Assembly (NCBI RefSeq): GCF_000143415.4
Contig: NW_003314276.1
Location: forward strand, 2,417,072 to 2,481,071
DNA: 64,000 bases
Source of the DNA: Selaginella moellendorffii
Taxonomy: Eukaryota > Plantae > Lycopodiophyta
Direction: 5' to 3'
Part shown: one piece after another, positions 1-13,493 of the stretch
Layout: the number at the start of each line of letters is the position of its first letter
Numbering within the stretch: the first letter of the stretch is position 1
Translations under genes and position numbers: made by a program
The notes under the pieces: model-generated
The model's database searches: none
What the model was told of the DNA's origin: nothing
The model's input: the letters and a program-made list of their open reading frames with translations, nothing else

Positions 1-61
1 CGGATCATCTCGAGAAAAAATCGAATTTTTTTCTTCTTTTTTTGCTCTGGAACGAACGAAC

Positions 62-149
62 CTCCTCCAACGCAGCGAGTCATGAGTGGAAAAAGCAGGA
101 GGAGGATGATAGCCACAACACGGTGGCTGCTTTTGGCGGATGGAGTCAT
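62..149 (-). CDS. First coding exon (signal peptide) of a secreted protein whose gene continues beyond the left edge
   Basis: ATG at 149 gives MTPSAKSSHRVVAIILLLLFPLMTRCVGG, followed by a G|GTTCGT donor (phase 1). It has a basic N-region, hydrophobic core and small-residue end. Too short to appear in the ORF track. Confidence 0.55.
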
Positions 150-1698
150 GGCTTTGGCAGTGATGATGGCCAAAGAAACAGCACAGGAGCTAGCTTAATG
201 ATTCGAAGCACAGCACAAGTTACACAGAGCAAAGCATCATTCACACCTCCAAGCACAGCGTCACAGAAAAAAAAAGGAAAAAAGAATCACAGAAAATGGA
301 GGAGCAGAATCATACAACTCTACACTTAAAAACCACTCAACTCTCGTCCAACGATCGACAAAGATCTCTCTAGAACACAAGCAGACCTCAACAAAACGGC
401 CGTTTGCCACTCCCACTCCACAAAGATCCCGCAAGAACACGCCGTATAAATACCCGAGCGACGATGAGACCTTTGCTCGAGGTACTAATCCGTGCTTGGT
501 TTCTTCGTTTCTTCCTCTTTCGTGTCTTGTCTTGTCCATCTTTTTAACACACACTTACACACACACAGCGCACAAAGCCTTTTGTTTCCAATTCCAACAC
601 GGCCAGACAGACACACACAGAAAGATGGAACACAGCTTTTGCATTCATTCCTGATTTGAGAGCTCTCTCGTTTAACGCATGAGGGATGGATTTAACGGAA
701 CGAATTGGGCAATCAAAGCACAGAATCGTTGGAAGAATAGAAGGAGTCACAGACAAAATGGTGGCGGTGGTGGCGGTGGCGGCGGTGGTGGTGGCGGTGG
801 CGGTGGCGAAGTTTTGGTGGTGGCGAGCAACGTAGCAGCTTTCCAGGCAGACAAAACTTACAGGAAAGAAAAGCTCGCTCCTGCAGAGGAGACAAGCCTC
901 CACAGATTCCAAATGATTCCTGCCCGGAGCTTGCGAGCCTGCTTGGCTTGGATACAAAAAATCCCACTCGCATCCCACTATAACAAAAAAAAGCCAGTAA
1001 CGATCAAAGAAGAACATTTCATGGCTTGTGGAAAGCCTACAAAAGCAAGACAACCAACTTGTTTTTTTCTAATGTTGTGTCGTGTGGCTTCTTTTGGAGA
1101 ATCAATGTCTCTCGTAGATTCTACTGCGGAAACTCCTTGTTTAATCCCCGCAATGTTTTTCTGTGAGGCAATGGCATGGAATCTCTGGGGCGAGGAGATC
1201 GATGCGTGCTGTCTGTCTGCCTGCCTCTCTGTGTCGAGTTGCTTGCATTATGCTCGAGATCCATGGCGTTGCTCGCCGTGAATTCTTGCGAAGAACAAAC
1301 CTTTGCTCCCGGACTTGTTGATGGGTGTTTGTATGATTCTCGTGGAAACACTACTAAACAATGGGGAATTTGAAAGCACAATCCAAGGATTCCCTATGAT
1401 TGAGCTCACGTTCCACCCGTCTTTATCACTTGGACTGTTCAACAGCCAAAGTTTCTTCCATATTCCAAAGTTCTCTTCCATCTTTCTTGTCGATTTTTGG
1501 TACTCTAGAACTACCAACAATGTCGTGACATAAGCTGGTGCTATATTATAATTTTTCAAAAGTCATTATATACATATTTCAGAAGTTCCAAAATTGAATT
1601 TTTTTTCCCTTTTTTTCTTTCGAATCTTCTTTTGCCTGGCATATTCCCAAAATGTAAAGGACGAGAAAAAAACGGAGAATGAAGCTCGTTTTTTTTTT

Positions 1699-2295
1699 TC
1701 AGTTCAAATCGGGAATGAGCATGGATGGAGGCGTCGATCTGTGATGTAAAGGATCAGGGCCCCCAGGAACATATCGATCCGGGTGGTCGATTTGATGAAC
1801 TTCGCGAACTTCACTGGATCGATTCACATTCACAAGTTTGCGATCATCACCCCCGTGGTGATTCTCAATTGCTACTGTTGCTGCTGCTGCTGCTGCTGCT
1901 GCTTGGTACTCGAGCATCTTTCTTCCCACGAGCTGATTGCTCTCCGGGTGATCCCTGCGTGGTCGCGGTGGGATCCTCTGGCAAGAAGAACTCGTTAGAG
2001 TCTCGAAGAGAAGGAAGAAAACTTTCAAATGCTTTCACAAACCTGCTGGTGGCGGAATCGCGTCCGGAAATTTGGCACATTTCTTGGGAAAGAAACGCAG
2101 CCGGGACAGGGGCGTGTCACCGCCAGCAGCTTCCTAGCCGAGATTCCCCGAGAATCGAAATCTAGAAATCACCAAAAACCAATCAATCAAGAACGAGATG
2201 ACCCAAAAGAGCACACCTGTAGTCACCGAGAGGTAGAAACAACACACGAAAGCCATCAAGAACAGAGCGCTGTGGATCATCGCAGCGCGCGACAT
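1699..2295 (-). CDS. CLE: CLE peptide precursor, CLV3-like, 3 exons (2217-2295, 2043-2161, 1699-1977), 158 aa
   Basis: Exon 1 is the signal peptide MSRAAMIHSALFLMAFVCCFYLSVTT. Two GT-AG introns (55 and 65 nt) keep the frame. RKLL and RKML motifs are present, the CLE dodecapeptide RYVPGGPDPLHH lies at 1741-1776, and a 13-aa tail follows. Confidence 0.9.
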
Positions 2296-3301
2296 GGACG
2301 ATCGATCCAGAAAAACCAGAAGAGGAAAAGGAATGATCGATCAAGAAAAACAGAGAAGCTCCAGTACTTTTGAGTCAGTCTTGGCCAGTCCACTCTCCCT
2401 TCTTCTTCTTCAACTTAACAAACATGACCAAATCTATGGAGCAATCTAACAGGCTTTATAGTAAAACACTGGAATTTGGGAACTCGTGACGAATACAGGG
2501 AAATAATTAAAATAAATACCCCAACTAATTCACTTTAAAAGCCTTTTTTTTTCCTTTAAACTGAATGTAAGATTAGGAAGGAACTGATTACCGACCGATA
2601 TAGTTGGTCTAGATTAGTTCGAGTCCTATCAACCACACGCTCCAATCCATCATTCCAAGGGTTTTTAGTATTTCCAATTGCAGGGTGGCGGCAACTTAAG
2701 AGCCCTAAATCGGTGCATGCATGGTGGCGGTGACGAGACATTCCCTCATTTGGGGTGTGCGTGCCACCAGAGTTGATTTCCAAATGTGGCAACCCCCGGG
2801 TGCATCATTTGTACACTCCATGGTACATGGAGTATTTTTACTATGTCCAAGGTTCACACATTCCAGGCTTTAATAGCTTGGGTGCTAATATGATGGCCGC
2901 GAATATGTGTCCGGCCGTAAAGGAATAATTTCCATATCCGAAAATATCAATCCTATTACGCCTCATCATTCCCGTCCCTGGAATAATCACCCTTGATCAC
3001 GGGAAGAAGAATCGGAGAATTTCTCGTTAGTCTTGCTCTGATACAAAGCTGCCAAGGCATAAAAGAATCCAATCAATCAGTTCTCTCAGAGAAAAGCTCT
3101 CGAGTCTCTCTCGCGCGCACAAATACGTACCTGTCGATTCTTTGGAACGGTGAAAACTTATCTGATAGTTGTTCTTTATTGAGTAGCGTTCTTGAACAAA
3201 AGTACTTCACTCTATTGTCCGGTGAGTTGCCCTGTGACGTAAGCATGATCAACTCTAAAGCACGAATCTTTCCATAAAGAAGGGATATAAATCATCACAG
3301 A

Positions 3302-3309
<8 letters not shown>

Positions 3310-3335
<26 letters not shown>
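3310..3335. repeat. (GA)n microsatellite preceded by a short (TG)n
   Basis: Seen directly. Confidence 0.9.
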
Positions 3336-3336
<1 letters not shown>

Positions 3337-3429
3337 TTTCTGTGTGCTCGCCCAACAGCTAAGGATGGATTATTATCAATACTTACAGTTTCTGGAACAC
3401 GATACTGGTTAGGAAACCTTGTTTGGCGT

Positions 3430-4270
3430 CTAATCTCTTTGATCGCTTCCCGGACAGGAATGTGATCTCCTGGACGACGATGCTCGCAGCGTATGCCATA
3501 TTGACAAAGCTCGCGAGATCTTCAGTCGAATGCCGGGTCACTCACGGAACTCCATGCTGTCGGCTTACGGAAAGCCAAGTCTAGATCGCAGGCGCTTTTG
3601 GGTTGGATGCACGGGACGTGATCTGAGATCGGCCATGGAGCTCTATCGCTTGATGCCGGCATATGATCTTGCGCCGTGGACTGCAATGCTCTCATGACGT
3701 GCTCTTGCCGGGGAATGCGATGCTGTCTGCCTAATCTTCGCCACTTGAACGGGTCCATTCCATGCCAGAAACATTGTTTCCTGGGGGGCGATGATTGAAA
3801 GCCATGAAATTTTTTTTAAGATTCAATGCGAGATTCTATGGCGTGGCCTCCAATGCTTACAGCATATGCCCGGTTTGGGCATCTTCAAGTGGCAAAGATC
3901 ATTTTTGATGTTTTGCATGAGAAGGGACGCAATGCAATGCTGGAAGCGTACTCAAATAACGAACGTGTTGGCGAGGCCGAGGAATTATTTTTTGTGGGTT
4001 TGCTCGTACACACCTTTCTTGGTTGCAGCATATGCCCGATATGGGTACGATGCCGCAGCGAGATGTTCGATGCTTGCTCGTAACGGCTACCATAAACTCT
4101 AGGAGATAATGCAGCAGCCTGTTGAGTCGAGCTTTGCTTCCGTGCCGAATGCTTGCAGCCACGCCAGGAATGTAGAGGGTGGCATGACTCTGGATTACGG
4201 ATTTATCCCCACGAACCAGCAGTATGGATGCATGATCGATCTCCTGGGACGGCCTACGTTGGAGGTACCA
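3430..4270 (+). pseudogene. PLS-class pentatricopeptide repeat (PPR) pseudogene
   Basis: Frameshifted PPR motifs: FDRFPDRNVISWTTMLAAYA, IDKAREIFSRMP, NIVSWGAMI, MLTAYARFGHLQVAKIIFD, FASVPNACSHA and YGCMIDLLGR. Confidence 0.85.
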
Positions 4271-4969
4271 AGAATGCTTTCGTTCCGGGTGGGAGTGATC
4301 CTGGCCTCGTGTTGCTTCCTTTGCGATCGCCCCGGGGAGTTCACCATATTCCCTGTTTGCAAACGCGTTCTCGATCACATAGACGAATCCCTCGATTTTG
4401 TGTTATTTGAGCACGCACTGAAGCGTCCTCCACGACACGACGTGTATATATAAGTGTGTATTTATATGGTTGTAACATCTATATAGTCTGCCTTTCCTTT
4501 GTTTACAGCATCAATCGTTGACCTTGTTATATAGCTGTATGTACTAAGGCAAGCTCAATATTGAGAGGAATACAGCTTCTGCCAACTCCAGGAGACTTTC
4601 AAATGTGGCAGAACTCCCTTTTGCAAACTTTTTCTGACCGTGAAAAATTCTCTTCCTCTTGTGAGGACGTAATGATTACAGCCTACACTGAAGGTGGAGC
4701 ATGGATAACTTTCATCTATGGAATCAGAATCCAAATATCCCACAGAGTCGGTATCTGCATCTGAATATTCTAGAAAATGGAATCGGCTGCCATATTCGTC
4801 AAGGAAGAACGATATATATCAATCTCTAGGCCTAGACTCCATCACAATGTTATTTAGGATTTATGGCGGCACTGCGGCAAGGCGCTAGCAACCCTAGTTA
4901 CGTTTTCCTCCTCGATTGCTAGAGCTGAGAGTGGATCGGAGCGAAGTATCAGCCATTGGGCAGTAGCTC

Positions 4970-5330
4970 TTGTGACTGCGATGAGATCTCCGGCCGGATC
5001 GTCAACAACGATTGTCGTCCAGGGCTTGCGAGACGGCGGACTCGGACTCACCATCGAGAGCTTGTTGAGAAGAATCGTGGCTTTTTTTATCACTGCTCAA
5101 GAGCTTGCTTTTATCCTCTCGAGAGAAGGATGGCCCCCTTCGCCAGCATTTGTTTCGTATCCCTCTGGTAAAGCACTGCCATGCATCCTTCTTTCTTTGT
5201 TACCTGATAAATGTGCGTTTGCCTTGTCTTCCATACGATCTCTCATGCTCATCGCAAACAAAGCTGGTTCCTGGTTTACCAGTGCCATTTGTTTCCTGAG
5301 CGCATTTCCATGCTCGAGAGATACGCAAAG
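4970..5330 (-). pseudogene. ABCB/MDR transporter nucleotide-binding-domain fragment
   Basis: LRKQMALVNQEPALFA, ANAH, LPEGYETNAGEGG, then degenerate KKATILL and TTIVV..DLIAV occur in ABCB order. The signature and Walker B motifs are lost. Confidence 0.75.
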
Positions 5331-5669
5331 CTGACGTTGCAAAACTCCACCTCTCCTCACATGTCTTCGTTTCCAGACATTTCTATGTCTAAAACTGCAG
5401 TTTTCTTCTTGAGTATCTTGAGGACCGATGCTTTTGCTGTCAAGCCATGAGCCACTGCTGGAGTTGCTGCTGTGGTCAGTGCTCACTCCACAGACACCAG
5501 AACGCTGTAGCAGATAAAAAAAATGCTAAAAGGTTATTCTTTTTGCTACCCATAGAAGTTCTAGAGTGCAAAGATGTAGGCTCCCTTGATTTTTTATAAT
5601 ATGTTTTATAATTATTTATATATAAATATATATACTATTATTATTATTGGATTTATTTTAATCCAAACC

Positions 5670-6421
5670 ACACTCCTATAGGAGATGGAATGGTTAATGC
5701 TTCAAATCCAAATATGAGTGGCATTATCTACTTAGATACTTTGTATCACTTATTGAAAATTCACTCTAATTATGTGGCTAAGGTACTTTAGTGATGGAAG
5801 GTCGTGAGACTTGTGTTGGTTGCTGTGTTTTGAAATGTGATCCTAAAATCCCTAATAGTGGAAAAATAAGGAATAGTCCATTTACTTAGTAATGCGTATG
5901 GTGATAGTGGAAAGAAAAAAAATGGTCCTTTTACTTGGTAATAAGTATTGGTGATTAGTAGGATTTAGTGGATGGGCCTTTAAGCCCTAACTCAATATGA
6001 ACACTATTGTGAATAAAGAAAGACTTGGGTAGGGATTGAAGAAGAAGTATTAGAGGATAGTGTTCCCCTATATCTTAAGATATCCTAAGAGTGGTTATAA
6101 AATGACCACCCCTAGAATGGATGGTTTGGTTCTAGAGAGACAAATTTGTTGTATAGGTGGTTTTATACTACTAATGAGATAATGAAAATAAATAAAGCTT
6201 TAGCATAAAAGGTTGGGATATTAGTAATACCTTTGGGTGTTTGCAATTGGATTTTGACACATAAAGCACTTCGACCAAGTGCAAAGGTAGTGTGGCCTTT
6301 GGGGACTTAGCAAGTACCTTAAGATAAAATGAGAACTTATGAAGGTTGTAAGTGAAACTCCTCTAAATAGATGAAAATGTAGTTAAGTGACCAAGGTAAA
6401 ATGAAAATTTAATCACTTACA
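5670..6421 (+). mobile_element. Heavily decayed 3' part of LTR family B
   Basis: Colinear with 44370-45132, including the terminus (aatttaatcacttaca vs aatttagtcgcttaca). Confidence 0.7.
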
Positions 6422-6619
6422 TAATGTTGATATTCTTTCTTAAGCTCTTCTTTTTTTTTTTGCTCTCTTCTTTTGTTCCTAAAGAGCCTATTGTTTCACC
6501 ATTAGTAGATTTTTTGGATGAGGATTTTATACCATTAATGATTACCATATTTGATGTTCAATAAAATAAAATGTAAAGTTGGATTTATCTTCTTTAAATG
6601 AATGAGCTATAAATCAAAA

Positions 6620-7300
6620 ACTTCTTGATGAGTTTAACAAATTTGCATCACTTTTTAATAATTTGTCATTTTGGCATTTACATTCTTAATATCTCCTTAA
6701 GAATGACTTTTTTTTTAGTTTATATGAAGATTGATTCTAATGATCATTTACAACTAGTAGTGCTTTCAATCTTTATTCCACACTTCTTCCATATTTACTA
6801 TAACTCTTATTTTAAGTAGGTATATAAGATATTGTCATGTGATTGAAAAGTTATGCAAGTTTTTCTATTGGCTAAAAATATAACATGATATCATTTAATA
6901 TATGTATAGGTACATTTAGTGCCAAGCTTGTAAAAATTTCCTTTATGTTGCGGAAGAATAATAGAAGTCAATTGTAGTTTCCCATTTATTTAAGATGGTG
7001 GGGTTTGATCTTTTCAATAGTTGACTTTTAACAATGAGTATGCCATTATTATTTTTAACTAATTGATTTATTAAATGGAAGTCAATAGTTTTACTAATGT
7101 GTTTGTGAATGCTATAAGATATTTCTTCCTCAATTGAGTGGTGTTTCAACATTCTTTTCTTGTAGCATATATAATTTTCACCCTTTACTCTATGATGTTT
7201 TACCATAGGATAAACACAGAGTGAAAGCTTGAACACGTAAGCCAAAGGCAGCAGACCAAAGCATGGAATGACTTTTGAGTGTATAATCTAAGGAGCTAAA
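6620..7300 (+). mobile_element. Very old integrase relic of gypsy family A
   Basis: Colinear with about 29500-30150 (e.g. gattctaatgatcatttacaactagtagt vs gatcctaatgatcatttacgactggtggt), with many C>T and G>A changes. Confidence 0.75.
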
Positions 7301-10300
7301 AGATAGAAGTATGAAGTAACTTTGGAACAATTCGAGAGTATCTAGCATCCCATTGTTAGAACCAACATGTAAAATAGAGCGAAATGGAGTCTGACACCAT
7401 TTTAACATATTAGTGGCTTAATGTGAGAATATAGGTATATCACCAGCTAGTATGGTATAGAGCTTGGGTTTAAACTTAAACTAGACACAAAATAAAGATA
7501 AACGCATAAGTAGAAACTAGACTATACTTTAGGTTGATTAGCCATATCCAATCTACCCACTATCTTTATTATAAATTTAGAACCCACCTTTTATATGAAG
7601 CATGTTTTGGGCTTTCACACTAGAAGTTAATTTTTGGAATAATTATAAAAACTTACTAAATATAGAATAATGTTAGATTGCAAATCTAAACACAAGAATA
7701 ATACTATTATGTTCAAAACAATCTCTACATTTCATAGATATGCCCAATTAGTAAATCTAGCCACTTTTCATAAATATCCAAGGAAACCAAACAAGATTAA
7801 TATATAGAGCATGATAGTGAGGGTGTTTGGTAAACATAGTAACCTATCATGTAGCATTGGAGCTTAATACATGAGGGTTCTTATCACTAGCCAGTACAAG
7901 ACATAATGAGATAGAAACTCCTTACCTAGCCAAGTATGTTTAACTAATAGTATGTTATGCTCATACAGTTTAAGTACACTTCAATATTTATTAACTCCAC
8001 TAGCATAAGAGGGTTTGACAAAGAGTCCAACAATACCAATCTTGTTGTCATAACAATAAGAGAAGAATATTCAAAAAGACTCACCGATAAATAATTTTGA
8101 TACCCATAATCTCATTCACAACAATCCTTGAGTGTGGACCACTTTTGAGCACATGAGCTAAAAAGTTCAGCTCATGAGTTGAGTTCAAATTTCAATTGTA
8201 ATTTAATACAAATATTATAAACTTTAAAATATTAAGGTTGTGACAAATCTAATAATTTCACAACTCTTTACAAATTACATAGATAAAAATGTTCTAAAGG
8301 ACTATTCTTGTTCTAACAATTTAAATATTAATTATATGCAATAATAGGGATGTTTGTTAGAACATAAAATAAGATATTTGTAGAAAAAGTAATCTTGTTA
8401 CTTCTTTAAATCCATAATTTGTACTTTCTAGCAGTAAATGTCAAGTTTGTCAAAATTTAAAAATTATTAAATTTGAAATAAGATTTTATATAAGGCCATA
8501 TAACCGTTTGAAAAGAAAAAACCAACTATTGATATGAGCTTATTGTATATAAAAAAGAGATTTATTTCTTCTCTAGAATATATTTTTGAGGGGTTTGCTA
8601 TAGTATAGTATTTAAAATTTATGGATCTTCACTTGCACTTTTATTCAAAGAGAGGGAAATATACACAAATGTCTATAGGTTTTAATAATGGTAATTTTAG
8701 CTCTTGCAATCTTTCTTCTTAGAGTGGTAATTCAAGAGCTAAAAGTTGCAATAGTCATCTTATTGCACAACACAATCAAACCATACAAAAGAAAGAAAAA
8801 AAGGATAGTGAAGATAATGATTAAGAGTTGGAAATAAATGCAATGACAAAGGGTGCATCAAATTAAGTGAAAAAGAATACTCTCCTATTTGTTTTAGAAA
8901 ATTGCAATTTTGTGACTTTCAAGAAATGCTTTATATGGTTTTTGTCTTTCAGTGGAAACAATAGCAATAATCAATATATATATGCTCTCACAACACATTA
9001 TAACATCATACACCCAAAAGACTACTATAAAATATTTTATAAGATGCTAAAGACAAAAATAGAGACACATAAGTACTATGTGCAATATTTTGAAAAGAAC
9101 ACTTCTAAAGTATATGAAATGAAAAGTGAAATAAGAATTTTTTTTATTAATTATATAGAATATAATAGAATTACATTAATAGTCTTGGAAGATCTAATTA
9201 ACCCAAAAGTCTTCTACAACTTAGTAATAGTAAAGCTTGCTTAGTGTATATGAATATCCACTTTAGGATCCTGGTGTAATATGTTGATGAAAATGTAGTA
9301 CAAATATGCTTGCAAGGAGCATATACTTTTTCATGTTCCTCACATTTCATAAAGTCTAAACATATGCAAAAAAAAGGTCTTGAATGATAATTGTATATTC
9401 TTCACTTTTTGTTTTGACTATGTACTCCTTTACAAATGCAATGATGTACTTCATGAAGAGAATCTCACACTCAAGCATTTAAGCCAAGTTTATTTTACCA
9501 TGTTTTTGCTTGGAGATAGTACCAATAAATTTAATTACCTTACTTTTTCTTGCTGGCCTCCTATGCATCTCTGGGGGAATAGTGTTGGTTTTGTCACTTA
9601 TGTCTTCAACTCTCTTCTCAAAATTGAAACTAGATTTCTCAAAGTTTTCAATGCTAAGATGAGTATGGCTCCATTAGCAACTGACTATTTTTTAAATATT
9701 GCATTATATTTAATCACTATAATGTCTTCAAGCCACTTTATATGGTTAGCAATATAGCCAATACCATTTTGAAAATCTTACTTGCTTTCATTCCCCATAA
9801 AAGCATGAGGTTGAAATAGAAGTAGATTTGTCATTATAGATTTAGGCTCAGCATTTGCCCCTCAAAAGCATCCTTATACATCTTACATTAGATTTTGTTA
9901 GTATGTGGCCATTCCTTCGGCTCCACGCTATAGTGACTTCAATATGTTGTGATGCACTTTCTTCATCAACCATTTGAGGTTGCTTAGTTTGGAAGCAGTG
10001 TCTTGGAGTAGAATAGTATTCAACATCAGGACTGTGAGAGCTTTTCGCTCCAAGATCTGTGACAACATCTTCACTAGTAAAAAAAAAGTGATACTTTAAG
10101 TGAACAATCTTTATGTCACCAATAGAAGCCTAGGGAGTGTATTCCATAGATATGCTGTAGACCACTTCCTTCACTACAGTTGCTACTGTTCATGCTGATG
10201 GAGTCACTTTCTTCTTCATCCGATCATATAACATCTCAACCAAATGTTTTATTTTCATATATCTTCCTTCCTCAAATGCCAAGGCTTTTGAAGACTACTC

Positions 10301-10499
10301 TATAGCATGTATTAAATCTAATAGACATGCACGTATCATATAGATTCATCTTCCCTTTCCATGCCTTAAAGGAATGCCAACTCTAATACTTACTCTCTGA
10401 GAGATTCACAATTAGTGTGTATGCAAGATCTTCAAGTGGTTGATCTTAATGAAAAAAAATAATATTAAAAGGTAATAAAAAAAAAAGAGAAAAGAAAAA

Positions 10500-11700
10500 C
10501 TAACCTAAAGAGAGTGATGTCCTCATTGGAATATCCTAACTTCTTACCACCCTAACCATGACTCAAGTTATGGTAGACAATTTATGTCCGTATGGTCATC
10601 TTCACACCACCACATTTGGATCTTGTTTGCTTTTGCCTCATTCACTTCTTCAAAAGGTGTAACATACCATTATTTGCACAACTCCTTACATGCTATGGAA
10701 ATCTAGCTTGATAAGGTAGCAGTGTTGGTTTATGCTCTAAATATAATGGAACTCATAAGTCCTCTCACGACTTTTTAAAGGTTGACCATTCCAAAAAACT
10801 GCCTTGACGCCATTTTAATTAGCCCTAGGCCCATCTTCTATAAAACTACGAAAGTTGGCAAACTCACCAATCTGCTTTAGTATAATGTCAGAGAGGGACT
10901 TCCAAAATATTTCCTAGGCTATATGGTTTTGTACTTTAAACTCTGCTATTGCAATTGTCAAGTTGGGATATAGCCTATGAAAAGGGCAATGCTTAAGATA
11001 GTGAGAAAAATAATTATATCGGATAATACATATGACCTCCCATGGTTGTTCAACTTAATACTCACTCTATATGGTCAAAATATACCCATGCATTAACAAG
11101 GTCATTTGACCCAAACATATCCATTTGGAAAACAAGATCTACACCAAAGGTAGGGCCCATGATAAATATTTTGAAGACGAAAGGGTGCTTCTGCTCACTA
11201 ATGATTTGATCTAGAAATAAACTCCCATGAATAAACTCATAGTTCAAAGATAGAGTTAATTTTTTTGTTGCATTTCCCCTCTCGAGATTCATATATCCAA
11301 GATTTATCCTAAATTAAACAAGATATAAGAGAGATATTATTGAAAAATATATAATATTATTTTACTACCTCCTGAGGCTAGTTACAGATTGCATGCATTA
11401 TAGTAACTCCCACAAGCTAGCCTCATCCACTTGAGTCTTTTTGTAGCTCAGATCAAGTAGAAAATCCTTCAGCACTGTCTTTTGAATATGCTTCGGCGTT
11501 GCAAATGAGTTTCTCACAGTTTTTATCTACATTACATCTTTAAAATAGTTGATTGAACTTATGCATTAGATATGTGCATGTGCCAAAATATACTGTAGCT
11601 CTATCAACCTCTCCATCATGTGAAAGAAAGTAATACATCTTAGCCCTGCAAATGGCACAACACAATGGAGCATTCTTGCAAAATTGGTGTCATAGATGGG
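10500..11700 (-). mobile_element. Decayed MULE-like DDE transposase
   Basis: Minus-strand translation with stops: AWVYFDH..RVLS*TTMGGHMY..LTIAIAEFK..EIFWKSL..NFRSFIEDGPRAN*NGVKAVF..RERTYEFHY. This resembles the Mutator-like core (D..D, CxFH) of non-seed-plant elements. Confidence 0.6.
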
Positions 11701-11903
11701 AGGATTGATTGTTGACCCTTACAAAAATATGGAATTTTTATTATGCTCTCGATTGCATGCATTATTCACACAATCTAAATACCCACCACAATGAGCTATG
11801 GACAATATGCCTTCGAAGTGCTAGATATGTGTGGCCTTAATCTTGCATTAGTTGTGGATATTTTATTTGGTCTTTATCCCCTTTTGTTTTGAGTTGACAA
11901 GAG

Positions 11904-13488
11904 TGTGAGACACAAATCCCTAAGCCCTAAAGTGGAGCCGAAAGGGTGCTACATGATAGTGGCTGAGGTGGAAGCCAAAAGAGCATAACACATTTGAACT
12001 AAAAGCTCTAACTGAGACAGTCGAGAGTGGGAGTGGAACTCCCAACAAAGTGCTTGAGGAACAAACACGAAGCAAGCAGTAAGTGAGTCTCTAGAAAAGG
12101 GACATAAGAGGATTAATATATGATATGTGGAAGTGTTGAGATGGAGTCCGAGATGGAGTCTAAAAAGGAGTCTAATATAAACCCGAGATGGAGTCTGATA
12201 TAGAGTTTGATATGGACATGAGATAAGTCTGAGATGGAGTCCGAGATAGAGTTTGAGATGGATCTAAAATGGACCTAAGATAGAGTCTAAGATGCACCCA
12301 AAATGGAGTCCGAGATGGACTTGAGATGGAGTCCGAGATGGACTTGAGATAGAGCCCGAGATAGAGTCTAATGTCGAGTCCGAGATGGACCTGAGATAGA
12401 GTTTGTGAAAGAGACCAAGACCAAGACCAAGACCGAAACCGAGACCAAGATCAAGACTAAGATTGAATCCGAGTCTGAGTTCAAGTTCGAGTTCAAGGGT
12501 GAAAGCCTAAAGCGTTCATCTCCCAAACCTTAGGGGGTTTGGTGAGCACCAAACGTATAGTAGGGGGAGAACTCTAGTTGAGCCAGTTTGGCCAAAAAAT
12601 GCCAGTGTGACCAAGGAATGCTATACCCCACGTGTTGGGTGATGATATATCCATTGAGGAGTCCAAGGCTAGAGTAAATATGGATATATAATCAGGGTAA
12701 TTTAGTGAAGTGTTCAAGAGCCAGCTCTAGCTCCTCTAGGAAATCGAATAGTCAATGCTCCCAATCCAAGTGTGGATGGCACTACCTACTTAGATACCTG
12801 GCGTGGCTCATTAGAACCTTGCTCTAACCACATGGCTAAGGCACCGAAGGGTGGAAGGTGGCGAGAGTACCTACGAAATTTGCATACGAGCGTAGTGTTT
12901 CAAAATGTCGTCCTAATATCCTAGACTGTGGAAAGGAAGAGTAATCCTCTTGTGTGGTGACCAAGAAAGCGATCATATGGCAAGGAAGTCCTAAGGTCAA
13001 TGGGATGTAGTGGTTAGGCCTTCAAGCCTTGACTCAGTGGCAGTGTTGGCGAATATAACCGTGGATGGAAAGGGATTTGGTAGAGGCTAAAAAAGGGATA
13101 TTAGGGGAGGCTATTCCCCCATATCTACAGGCATTTTAAGGATGCTAAAGAATGGATCTGGGATAATCACTCATGGACAGGTTCAATTTTTGAGAGACAA
13201 GACTATGATATAGATGGTCTTAGACCACTAGTGTGATAAAGGTGAGTGCATATAGTCTTATTATAACGGGCTAATATATCGATGGTACCTTTGGGTGTCG
13301 ATCATGGGATCGGACACATGGAGCATATGGATCAAATGCAAAGGTTGAGAGGTATAGATATCATTTTTGGGGTTAACAAGCCCCTAAGTCCAAAATAGAA
13401 CTTATGGAGGTTGTGAGTGAGATTCTTTCATATGGTCAAAGATGTGGTGAAGTAATTAAAGTAGAATGGAAAAATTTAGTTGCTTATA
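11904..13488 (+). mobile_element. Solo LTR (family B) with 5-bp TSD AAGAG
   Basis: Starts TGTGAGACAC and ends GCTTATA (decayed CA). AAGAG lies at 11899-11903 and 13489-13493. Homologous to 43365-45132 and contains a GAGATGGAGTCC tandem array. Confidence 0.85.
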
Positions 13489-13493
13489 AAGAG

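Noticed and set aside
679-1281. 200-aa glycine-rich ORF
   Set aside because: It is driven by a GGC/GGT microsatellite, has no recognisable domain, and is probably UTR or promoter of the minus-strand gene.
1699-2028. Non-AUG (TTG) start for the CLE ORF
   Set aside because: The apparent hydrophobic start lies in intron 2. A spliced ATG model explains it better.
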